A DNA stretch of 64,000 bases from the NCBI GenBank assembly GCA_009392285.1, contig VFGU01000012.1, positions 164,045 through 228,044 of the forward strand. Direction: 5' to 3'. This document shows, piece by piece, positions 9,645 to 18,298 of this stretch (position 1 is its first letter; the number at the start of each line of letters is the position of its first letter). The stretch comes from SAR202 cluster bacterium. Lineage in GTDB: Bacteria > Chloroflexota > Dehalococcoidia > Lucifugimonadales > Lucifugimonadaceae. The notes below the pieces were generated by a model. It was not told the origin of the DNA. It did not search any database and worked only from the letters and a program-made list of their open reading frames with translations. Both the position numbers and the translations under genes were made by a program.

Positions 9645-10313
9645 TTGAGTTATTGTTATTTTATGAATTTACTTACGCCATTTAGGTTAACACTTACCAT
9701 AATAACTTCTCTTTTGTTTATTTTGATAATTATAAGTGGTTCTCTGAATTTTATAGTTAGATATGACTTTATTTACGATTACAATATTGCTACATATTCT
9801 ATTGATGAAAGAACCTCTTTGAATTTAGATAAAATTAAGGAAATTAACTTTAATATTAAGACTTATTTTTTTGATGAAAATGAATTATTGGATGTTGATA
9901 TTTATTCAGATAAGGAAATACTTCACATGAAAGATGTAAAGCATATAATGAATCTGATTTTCAATTTGGGTAAAATACTATCTATTGTTTTTTGTGTATT
10001 AATATTTTTATTGCATTCATATTTTGAAGTTCATCTAAATAAGGTAATTTTTTATTCAGTAATACTGTTCTCATCTATTCTAATATTATTGGGAGTTTCA
10101 TTTTTATTATTTTTTCAGGAGATATTTATTATTTTTCATAAAATAGCTTTTAATAATGATCTTTGGATTCTTAATCCCAATACGGATTATTTATTGATGA
10201 TGTTCCCAGAAGATTTTTTTAGAGATGTAGCAGTTTTGATATTATTATCTTCTTTTTTGCTAAACGTTATAGTTTATTTTTTATTTAGGAAACTCTCTTT
10301 TAGGTCAAAGTAA
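9645..10313 (+). CDS. Integral membrane protein, TIGR01906/DUF1461-like
   Basis: Four predicted TM helices, ..EILHMKDVKHIM.., and FHKIAFNNDLWILNPNTDYLLMMFPEDFF, which matches my recollection of the DUF1461 signature. ATG 9663 is a more likely start than TTG 9645. Confidence 0.45.
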   Translation: MSYCYFMNLLTPFRLTLTIITSLLFILIIISGSLNFIVRYDFIYDYNIATYSIDERTSLNLDKIKEINFNIKTYFFDENELLDVDIYSDKEILHMKDVKHIMNLIFNLGKILSIVFCVLIFLLHSYFEVHLNKVIFYSVILFSSILILLGVSFLLFFQEIFIIFHKIAFNNDLWILNPNTDYLLMMFPEDFFRDVAVLILLSSFLLNVIVYFLFRKLSFRSK

Positions 10314-11039
10314 TTCAGATATATCTGTTACCGTGTGGTCAGGATTAAATGCCAAATCATTATCTACACCTTTACGTTTATTTACATAAATAGCCTTGAA
10401 TCCAACTTTTTTTGCTCCAAATATATCTGTGAAAATATTATCTCCAATGTGAATTATATTTTCAGGATTTAAACTAAAGTCATTTAGAATTAATTTAAAA
10501 ATCTTGATTGAGGGCTTAGCAACCTTTATTTCGTTTGATAGATATATTTTATCAAATAGATTTTTTATGCCGATCATTTCAAGATATTTATAATATGTCT
10601 TTGGCGATGTTATGCCAGTGTTAGATGTAAGACATAACTTGTATTCTTTTGATAATAATTTTAATAGTTCTATTGATTTAGGGAACAATTGGGGGGGATA
10701 TTTCAGGAAACAATTGTCAAGAATATCCCCGATTTGATTTTTAATTAAATCATCTTGTTTTATATTGAGTAGTTCTAATAATTTCCCTATTCTATTATGA
10801 AAATCAATATCTTTTCCTCTGTTATGATCTTGTGTGCATTTCTCACTAAGTATATTTAAACTTTTTTTTATTTGGTCGTTAGATATTACATGGCCTTTAT
10901 TATTTAAATATAATGATAATTTTTTTACTCTTTGAACTGATCTTGAATTTATTTTTTTTCCTTGTGGCCTATCTGTTATCAATGTTTCCCATAGATCAAA
11001 GGAAATCAATTTAGTTTTCAATTCTATTATTTTTAGCAT
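10305..11039 (-). CDS. HAD-superfamily hydrolase (subfamily IA-like)
   Basis: Motif I variant FDLWETL, motif with SNTG, and C-terminal IGDNIFTDIFGAKKVG. Confidence 0.7.
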   Translation of the reverse strand: MLKIIELKTKLISFDLWETLITDRPQGKKINSRSVQRVKKLSLYLNNKGHVISNDQIKKSLNILSEKCTQDHNRGKDIDFHNRIGKLLELLNIKQDDLIKNQIGDILDNCFLKYPPQLFPKSIELLKLLSKEYKLCLTSNTGITSPKTYYKYLEMIGIKNLFDKIYLSNEIKVAKPSIKIFKLILNDFSLNPENIIHIGDNIFTDIFGAKKVGFKAIYVNKRKGVDNDLAFNPDHTVTDISELL

Positions 11040-11070
11040 TTCTTAAGACTCATGAATAAAATGAATAGTT

Positions 11071-12048
11071 ATGAGTAAAAGTATATATGTAATTACAGGT
11101 TCTTTGGGATTTGTTGGTTTCAATCTTTCTAAATTTATAATTGATAGTGGCCATAGTGCAATTGGCATAGATATTGATAATAATTCTGACCCATTGAATG
11201 GCTGGAGGCATAAAGAGTTGCAAGGAATTGGGGTTGAAACCCTTAAAGCAGACATTTCAGATAAGTATCAGATTGAATCTGTTGGTAATAAATTAAGTAA
11301 AATTGGGAATGTAAAAAGTATATTTCATTTGGCGGGCCTTGCTGGAGTTAGAAAATCCATTGATAATCCCGATCAATATTATAATGTAAATTTAAGAGGT
11401 ACTTTTAATGTGCTGCAACTGTTTGAATCAGTGGGTGCAGAATCTTTAGTATTTTCTTCAACTTCAAGTGTTTATGGGAATATTCATGCAGAACATTTCT
11501 CTAAAGAAACTGACTCCTTAGATACAATTTCTCCATATGCAAGTTCAAAATTAAGTGCAGAAAAACTATGCGAGTTATTTTCTAATTTATATAAATTAAA
11601 TATTTCTGTATTGAGGTATTTTACAGTATATGGAGCAGCGGGAAGACCTGATATGAGTATATTGAAATTCATTGATTTAATTTATAAAAATAAACCTATA
11701 ACAATATTTGGAGATGGAAATCAGGAAAGAGACTTCACTCATATTTCTGATATATGCAAAGGTACATATGACAGTTCAAAATTAAAAGGTTTTAATTTGA
11801 TAAATTTGGGGAGATCAAATCCAGAAAAATTAATTAATGCTGTAAGAGTAATTGAAGAAAAATTAGGCAAAAAAGCAAAAATCGTCTATAAGCCTCAGAA
11901 TGAAATCGATGTAAATAGAACATCGGCGGATATATCAAATTCCAAAAAATTGATTAATTGGGATCCTACAGAAAGTATTGAATCTGGGATTTCTAATACA
12001 GTTGATTGGTATAAAGAAAATAAAGAATCTTTAGAAAAATTAGGTTGA
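11071..12048 (+). CDS. NAD-dependent nucleotide-sugar epimerase/dehydratase
   Basis: Rossmann motif VITGSLGFVG and catalytic YASSK. Confidence 0.85.
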   Translation: MSKSIYVITGSLGFVGFNLSKFIIDSGHSAIGIDIDNNSDPLNGWRHKELQGIGVETLKADISDKYQIESVGNKLSKIGNVKSIFHLAGLAGVRKSIDNPDQYYNVNLRGTFNVLQLFESVGAESLVFSSTSSVYGNIHAEHFSKETDSLDTISPYASSKLSAEKLCELFSNLYKLNISVLRYFTVYGAAGRPDMSILKFIDLIYKNKPITIFGDGNQERDFTHISDICKGTYDSSKLKGFNLINLGRSNPEKLINAVRVIEEKLGKKAKIVYKPQNEIDVNRTSADISNSKKLINWDPTESIESGISNTVDWYKENKESLEKLG

Positions 12049-12055
12049 GGTTAAT

Positions 12056-13192
12056 ATTTATATTTCTAAGTTTCAGATAAATAATTTTCGAAATTTCAAT
12101 GACGTATCTTTAAATCTTGATAGAGGCTCAAATTATTTTATTGGTGAAAATGGCCAAGGAAAAAGTAATTTTCTTGAGGCTGTTTACGCCCTCTCTATAG
12201 GCAAATCCTATAGAACATCAAAAGGAATTAATTTAGTAAATCAAAATTCAGAATCTTTATCTTCATACATAAAAGGTATAGCTCACTATAACAATAGTGC
12301 TTTGGATCTTATGTTAAGTATTGAACTAGATTCAGATTCTAAAAGAGCATCTAAATCCTATTCTTTTAACAGTTCTAATGTAAGTTCTTTGGACTTTATT
12401 GGTAAATTAAATGTAGTTCTATTTGAGGCAAAGGATCTGGGTATCATAACAGGGAGTCCAATTTCTAGAAGGCGATTTTTAGATATTCATATATCTCAAC
12501 AGGATTTTTCTTACCTTAAAGCACTACAAAGATACAATAAAGTTTTACAAAGTAGGAACAAAGTTTTGAAAGATATAAAGATAGGAAGATCTTCAAAATT
12601 AGAATTAGAATTTTGGACAGAGAAAATAATTGAAGATGGATTAATTATAAGTAAACAGAGAAAACAAAAACTTAATGAAATCAAAAATGAGACATTAAAA
12701 ATTTTTCCTTTTTTTATATCGAATAATGAAAATTTAGATATTAATTTTGTCCCATCTTATGATGATTTAGATAATTTGAACAATGAGTCATTAAAGGCAA
12801 AATTTTTAGAGAATATAAAAAAAGAGATTTCTTTGGGATCAACATTATATGGGCCCCATAAAGATGATTTTGAAATTAATATCAATAATAACCCTTCTGC
12901 AGAATTTTCTTCGAGAGGCCAAATTCGTACAATCACTTTAGCTTTAAAATTAGGTGAAGCTAATGCTTTAAAAAATAATATTAACAGTTCTCCAATTATT
13001 GCTTTGGACGATATCCTTTCTGAACTTGATGAATCCCGAAGAGGCACAGTAATGGATTATGTATCTAGTTATGACCAAGTCCTTTTAACTGCCCCAGATG
13101 AAAAATTATTAGTAAGAAATTCAAAATCTATTGGTAAGATTTTTTATGTGAGTAATGGAGAAATAATTGACTCAAAATTTAGACAAAATTAA
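12056..13192 (+). CDS. recF: DNA replication and repair protein RecF; N-terminus extended beyond the ORF-track start
   Basis: The track starts at TTG 12302. The same frame is open from 12044 and encodes IYISKFQINNFRNFNDVSLNLDRGSNYFIGENGQGKSNFLEAVYALSIGKSYR (RecF Walker A). The C-terminal part has GPHKDDFEI, SRGQIRT and ALDDILSELD. The only plausible start is ATT 12056 or 12062. Confidence 0.85.
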   Translation: MYISKFQINNFRNFNDVSLNLDRGSNYFIGENGQGKSNFLEAVYALSIGKSYRTSKGINLVNQNSESLSSYIKGIAHYNNSALDLMLSIELDSDSKRASKSYSFNSSNVSSLDFIGKLNVVLFEAKDLGIITGSPISRRRFLDIHISQQDFSYLKALQRYNKVLQSRNKVLKDIKIGRSSKLELEFWTEKIIEDGLIISKQRKQKLNEIKNETLKIFPFFISNNENLDINFVPSYDDLDNLNNESLKAKFLENIKKEISLGSTLYGPHKDDFEININNNPSAEFSSRGQIRTITLALKLGEANALKNNINSSPIIALDDILSELDESRRGTVMDYVSSYDQVLLTAPDEKLLVRNSKSIGKIFYVSNGEIIDSKFRQN

Positions 13193-13952
13193 ATCTAATA
13201 TTATCAAATCTGCAGAGTTAATTTCTGAATCAAAAAAGATAGTTTTAATGACAGGGGCAGGAATTTCTGTAGATAGTGGCATACCCACTTTTCAAGGTAC
13301 TGAAGGATTATGGGCTAGGTTTGGCAAACCTAAAATGAATGCATTTTCTGAGTTTATTAAAGATGATGATTCTTGGTGGAATAGAGAAATTAATCATCAA
13401 AGATCTCCTTATGTTATGGAGTTGAGAAAGGCTATTGAAAAAGCAAAACCCAATGATGCACACTTTTCAATTTGTGATATTCAAAAATTAGGAAAAATAG
13501 ATCATGTAATTACTCAAAATATTGATGGGCTCCATATTGAATCTGGATGTAATAATGTTATTGAGATTCATGGCAATAGAAATTATTTAAGATGTGTTGG
13601 TTGTGAAAAAAGATATAAGTTTTTACCACCAATTATAAAAAAACCACCACCTTGTGATCATTGTGGAGGAATAATTAAATATGATTCTGTTATGTTCGGA
13701 GAACCTATTCCTGAATTAATATTAAGAGATTCTAAGAATGCAATTAAAGATTGTGATTTACTAATTGTTGTAGGAAGTTCTTCCACAGTTAGGCCTGCCG
13801 CTGGACTTTCTTGGATAGCAAAATCTGATGGAGCTAAACTGATCGAGATTAATATTAATGATACAAAATTATCTTCTGAGTGTGAGATAATTTTAAAGGG
13901 ATCTTCAACTGATATACTTCCAAGGTTATACGAAGAGATTGTTAATCTATGA
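13167..13952 (+). CDS. cobB: NAD-dependent protein deacylase (sirtuin)
   Basis: GAGISVDSGIPTFQG, QNIDGLH, EIHGN, and a Zn ribbon CVGC..CDHCGG. Confidence 0.88.
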   Translation: MTQNLDKIKSNIIKSAELISESKKIVLMTGAGISVDSGIPTFQGTEGLWARFGKPKMNAFSEFIKDDDSWWNREINHQRSPYVMELRKAIEKAKPNDAHFSICDIQKLGKIDHVITQNIDGLHIESGCNNVIEIHGNRNYLRCVGCEKRYKFLPPIIKKPPPCDHCGGIIKYDSVMFGEPIPELILRDSKNAIKDCDLLIVVGSSSTVRPAAGLSWIAKSDGAKLIEININDTKLSSECEIILKGSSTDILPRLYEEIVNL

Positions 13953-15162
13953 ATTCTTCGTGGAGTGATTGAGCTGCCGCTTCTAAGTCAGATTCTTTAA
14001 TTATGCATGTTATTCTAATTTCAGAGGTTGTGATCATCTCTATATTTATATTTTGGTTGGCTAAAACCTTAAACATTCTTGAAGCATATCCTGGTTGATT
14101 TTGAATTCCCGTTCCAACAATACTTACTTTACCTAGGCTACTTTGTGTTTGAATATTTTTTCTATCTGAAACTTTACTTTTTATCAGTTCATCTAGGCAA
14201 GGCTTAAGATCCTTATCATCGAGAGTAAAACTTAGATTTGTTGTCCCTTCTGAGCTAGCTGTCTGAACAATAACATCTACATTAATGCCCATTGCGCTTA
14301 GAGGCTCGAAGATAGAAGATGCTATTCCTGGCTTGTCTTTAACATTATTCAATGTCACTTTGCTAACACCTTTTGAAGTAGGTATTCCTGTAACTGCATT
14401 TCTTATTTCCATATTTTTTTCACCTTCTTTTTTTAAAATAGTTCCTTTAGTATTTTTTTCTGAATGCTGAATGGTCATAGTGACTTCATTTATGGCTGCT
14501 ATTTCTATTGACCTTGGATGCATTTTTGCTCCAAGAGAAGCCATCTCTAGCATCTCTTCATAAGATATATTTTCTATTAGTTTGCTATTTGGAACTATCC
14601 TGGGATCTGCAGAAAAAATTCCATCAACATCAGTATATATCTCACACCTTATAGCATTTAGTGCTGCTGCTAATGCAACTGCAGAAGTATCAGATCCTCC
14701 TCTACCCAATGTAGTTGTTTCTCCTGAGTCTGAAACTCCTTGAAATCCAGCTACAATAATAACATCTTTATTTTCGAATTGTTCAATAATTAACTTTGTA
14801 TTTACTGAGGATATTCTTGCTGATCCGTGTAGTGAATTAGTATTTATACCTGCTCTAGACCCACTAAAACTTACAGATTTTACACCTATTTTTCTTAAAG
14901 CTAAACTCATTAAGGATGCACTAACTATTTCTCCAGTAGATAACAATTGATCAAAATCTCGAAGATTTTCTAAATTGGACTGATCATCTAAAAATTCTGA
15001 GCCCAATTTTACTAAATTGTCGGTAGAATCTCCCATTGCAGATACCACTACAATTAATTTATAACTTTCAATCAAAGATGCTTTAATTTTCTTAGCAACG
15101 TTTAATATTTTTTCTTCATTAGATAGAGAAGTGCCGCCATATTTTTGAACAATTATTTTCAT
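13942..15162 (-). CDS. lysC: Aspartate kinase
   Basis: KYGGTSL start, GRGGSDTSA, and tandem C-terminal ACT regions. Confidence 0.93.
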   Translation of the reverse strand: MKIIVQKYGGTSLSNEEKILNVAKKIKASLIESYKLIVVVSAMGDSTDNLVKLGSEFLDDQSNLENLRDFDQLLSTGEIVSASLMSLALRKIGVKSVSFSGSRAGINTNSLHGSARISSVNTKLIIEQFENKDVIIVAGFQGVSDSGETTTLGRGGSDTSAVALAAALNAIRCEIYTDVDGIFSADPRIVPNSKLIENISYEEMLEMASLGAKMHPRSIEIAAINEVTMTIQHSEKNTKGTILKKEGEKNMEIRNAVTGIPTSKGVSKVTLNNVKDKPGIASSIFEPLSAMGINVDVIVQTASSEGTTNLSFTLDDKDLKPCLDELIKSKVSDRKNIQTQSSLGKVSIVGTGIQNQPGYASRMFKVLANQNINIEMITTSEIRITCIIKESDLEAAAQSLHEEFID

Positions 15163-15172
15163 TATTTTTATA

Positions 15173-16090
15173 CTATTTGGATAGAACTATTCCTTGATTT
15201 GAAGGTTTTGTAATGATGGTATTACCTTCTAAATTATGTTTCCTAGCAGCTTCTTTTATTTCATAATCTATTGTAAATTCATTTCCATTAGAAAAAATCA
15301 TTATAGATGGACCAGATCCAGAGACTATCGTGCCTAATGCACCTCCTTCCATAGCAGCATTCATTATAGATTTCATTTCTGGAAAACCTTCAAGCCTTAC
15401 ATCTTGATGTAATGAATCCTTAGTTGCTTGATTCAATAAAGCAAGGTCATTTCTGTGCAATGAATCAATCAGTAATGCTACTCGGCTAATATTATAAACT
15501 GCAGATAATCTAGATACAGATTTCGGTAACTTTTTTCTACTAGTATTTGTATTAGATATAAAATCTGGAGTAAAAACCATTATATTTAACTCTTTAGGAA
15601 TATCTATTTTTCTAACTATCCATTTATTATTTAAATCATCAAATACTGATATAGTTAACCCACCAAATAAGCATGGGGTTACATTATCAGGATGCCCTTC
15701 TATTTTTATTGCTTTTTCAGTCAGATCCTCCAATGAAAATTTATTCTCATTTAAGTAGTTGCCAATTAATAGCCCTGAGCATAGAGCGGCAGCACTACTA
15801 CCTAATCCGTTGGAATATGGGATTTGATTTTCACTGAAGATTTTTATTTTTGAAATATCAAATCCTGGGCATGCCTCAAGGATTCCAGTAATAATTAGAT
15901 TATCTTTAACTTTTATAGAATCATAAGCGTCTTTACTTGCACCCTTATTTTGAATTACTAAGTTATCACTGTTAAATGAAATCAATAATGAATTCCAAAC
16001 ATCTACTGCGAGACCTATACAGTCAAAACCAGAACCAACATTACCAGTTGTTGCAGGAACTTTGAGCGATATTTCTTTGTTATTTAACAT
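15173..16090 (-). CDS. thrB: Homoserine kinase
   Basis: GHMP kinase motifs NVGSGFDCIG and GLGSSAAA. Confidence 0.9.
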   Translation of the reverse strand: MLNNKEISLKVPATTGNVGSGFDCIGLAVDVWNSLLISFNSDNLVIQNKGASKDAYDSIKVKDNLIITGILEACPGFDISKIKIFSENQIPYSNGLGSSAAALCSGLLIGNYLNENKFSLEDLTEKAIKIEGHPDNVTPCLFGGLTISVFDDLNNKWIVRKIDIPKELNIMVFTPDFISNTNTSRKKLPKSVSRLSAVYNISRVALLIDSLHRNDLALLNQATKDSLHQDVRLEGFPEMKSIMNAAMEGGALGTIVSGSGPSIMIFSNGNEFTIDYEIKEAARKHNLEGNTIITKPSNQGIVLSK

Positions 16091-16101
16091 TGTATTGTGA
16101 T

Positions 16102-17028
16102 TTATTTGGAGCCTAAAAAAGTGTATGCTGACAGTGCAGCAATAGCACCTTGGCCTGCTGCTGTGACTGTTTGTTTTAGTGGTCCTGAAGCATTTGTTAG
16201 GTCACCTGCTGCGAAGATACCTTTTACGTTTGTCTCCATAAGTTTGTTTACCGCTACCTCATTTGTTTCGTTATCAATATCAAGACCTAATTGATTGGGA
16301 ATTTCTAGTCTTGGATCAGCTCCTATTTCTATAAATAATCCATCTGAGTATATATCTAAATCTTCGCCTTTCTTATTAACAACCACTCCCTCAACTCCAT
16401 TGTTTCCTTCCTTTATTTCTCTAACTTCTGATTCTAAATGTAATTCTAGATTTTTACATTTTTCTAGTTGCGTTAATAAAATTTTTTCTGGGCGAAATAG
16501 AGATGAGCCTCTATAAATTAAGTGCACATTAGATGCATATTTACTTAAAAGTATAGCCCCTTCCACTGCGGCATTTCCTCCTCCTACTACAATCGCAATT
16601 TTATCTTTGTAAAGCGGAGCATCGCATGTTGAGCAGTAAGAAACGCCTTTGCCTACCAATGACTCCTCATTAGATAAATTTAATTTTCTTCTTTCTCTAC
16701 CCACGCACAATATTACTGCTTTAGTTTCTATCTCAGCACTGTTAGTTTTTACTAAGAAACCTGTGCTAGTTTTAGAAATTTCCTCTAAATTTTCTTCAAA
16801 TAATTCAACGTCATAATTCATGACTTGGTTTTTCATATTCATCATTAGATCGAAGCCGTCTGCCTCTATTCCAGGGTAATTCTCAATCATCCCACCTATA
16901 GCGGTTTCTCCTCCAAATTCTGCTCCAGCTAGAACAGTTTGTACTTGGTATCTAGCCGAGTATAAGGCAGCAGAGTATCCCGCAGCTCCTTGCCCCGCAA
17001 TTAATAATTCAGTTTTCTTCTTGTCCAT
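16102..17028 (-). CDS. trxB: Thioredoxin-disulfide reductase
   Basis: GQGAAGYSAALY FAD motif, redox CSTC, and GGGNAAVEGA. ATG 17028 (MDKKK..) is preferred over the track's TTG 17052. Confidence 0.88.
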   Translation of the reverse strand: MDKKKTELLIAGQGAAGYSAALYSARYQVQTVLAGAEFGGETAIGGMIENYPGIEADGFDLMMNMKNQVMNYDVELFEENLEEISKTSTGFLVKTNSAEIETKAVILCVGRERRKLNLSNEESLVGKGVSYCSTCDAPLYKDKIAIVVGGGNAAVEGAILLSKYASNVHLIYRGSSLFRPEKILLTQLEKCKNLELHLESEVREIKEGNNGVEGVVVNKKGEDLDIYSDGLFIEIGADPRLEIPNQLGLDIDNETNEVAVNKLMETNVKGIFAAGDLTNASGPLKQTVTAAGQGAIAALSAYTFLGSK

Positions 17029-17122
17029 GGAAATTATTATATATAAAACCAATTTGTTTCATAGTTGTTTTTTGGATTATTCAGGGAGAATGTCATGATT
17101 TAAAAAAGGAAATTTATTAATT

Positions 17123-18298
17123 ATGAATAGTTTGAAAACAGATGTGATAGTCATAGGGTGTGGGCCAGGAGGCGCACAGACTGCAAGAAATTTATCTAGA
17201 AAAGGATTTTCTGTGGCATTGCTTGATTATAGGCTGAAGGTAGGAGATAAGTTATGCACAGGAATAGTTGGCACAGAGATGCTAAATCATTATCCAGAAG
17301 TTTCAAATTATGTTCTCAATAGATCTAGATCTGCAAATATTCATTGTGACAAAGATTATTTTTTAACAATTGAAAAAAATACAACTCAAGCTTTAATTAT
17401 TGATCGGGAGAAATTTATAAGGAATATTGCAATTGAGGCCGAAGATTCTGGAACTATACTGAGATTTCAACGATTGGTTAGTAATTTTGAGATATCTGAT
17501 GATGGTGTTGAAGTTTATGCAAAATATGATGGGGATATAGAGAAGTATAATGCCGATGTCTTGGTGATAGCATCAGGATATGGTTCAAAGTTAGCAAAAC
17601 GTGCTGGCTTTGGTTTAAGTGAGCATTATATATATGGATATCAGACTAAATTAAAGAATGTTGATGTTGATAAGGTAAATGTTTTTTCAGGAGACCCTCT
17701 TCCTAAAGGGCACTTTGGTTGGGTAGTTCCGACTTCTAAAAATAAAGGATATTGTGGAATATTAGGTAAAGAAAAATTGCAAAATAATGGCCTTGAATTT
17801 CTTTTAGATATGCAACAGAAATTTAATTTTGATATAGAAGGAAAAACAAAAGTTTGGGGCATACCTATAAGTCCAGTTGATAAAAAATCAAGAAATCGAT
17901 CATTATTAGTTGGTGATGTAGCAGGCCAAGTTAAACCCACAACAGGAGGAGGGATATATTTTGCTATGAGATCAGCAGATGTTGCAGCTGAGGTTATAAA
18001 TGATTCTTTATTAACTAGAGATTTTTCAGAAGAGCATTTTAATTCTTACTCCAAAAAATGGAATAATATATTTAAGAATGAATTGAGAATCGGATTTTTT
18101 GCTAGACAATTTTATGAAAGTCTAAATAGTGATGATATAAAGAATATTCTAAATCACATAGAAGAATCGGATCTTATCTCTAAAGATATCAATTTTGATT
18201 GGCATTCAAAAATTGTAATGATGGCATTTAAGACAAAAATTAAGTCTTATTTAAAAGGCAAAATGTTAAGTAAATTTAAAAGTTTAACTTTTAATTAA
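17123..18298 (+). CDS. FAD-dependent geranylgeranyl reductase family oxidoreductase
   Basis: DVIVIGCGPGGAQTA and VGDVAGQVKPTTGGGI. Confidence 0.8.
   Translation: MNSLKTDVIVIGCGPGGAQTARNLSRKGFSVALLDYRLKVGDKLCTGIVGTEMLNHYPEVSNYVLNRSRSANIHCDKDYFLTIEKNTTQALIIDREKFIRNIAIEAEDSGTILRFQRLVSNFEISDDGVEVYAKYDGDIEKYNADVLVIASGYGSKLAKRAGFGLSEHYIYGYQTKLKNVDVDKVNVFSGDPLPKGHFGWVVPTSKNKGYCGILGKEKLQNNGLEFLLDMQQKFNFDIEGKTKVWGIPISPVDKKSRNRSLLVGDVAGQVKPTTGGGIYFAMRSADVAAEVINDSLLTRDFSEEHFNSYSKKWNNIFKNELRIGFFARQFYESLNSDDIKNILNHIEESDLISKDINFDWHSKIVMMAFKTKIKSYLKGKMLSKFKSLTFN

Noticed and set aside
11043-11255. 70-aa minus-strand ORF overlapping the epimerase start
   Set aside because: It overlaps a well-supported Rossmann-fold N-terminus on the other strand and has no motif. 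A protein here would also remove the HAD/epimerase intergenic region.
12056-13952. RecF-like ATPase plus SIR2-domain protein as a possible anti-phage (SIR2-effector) module
   Set aside because: The ATPase has the full housekeeping RecF signature (NFRN, GENGQGKSN, GPHKDD, SRGQ.R, LDD..SELD). The SIR2 protein is a compact CobB-type sirtuin with a Zn ribbon and the GAG.S..SGIP/QNIDGLH/HG motifs. Neither has extra sensor or effector domains. The adjacency looks like compaction, not a defence system.
16097-16516. Plus-strand ORFs 16097-16294 and 16295-16516
   Set aside because: They are antisense within trxB.
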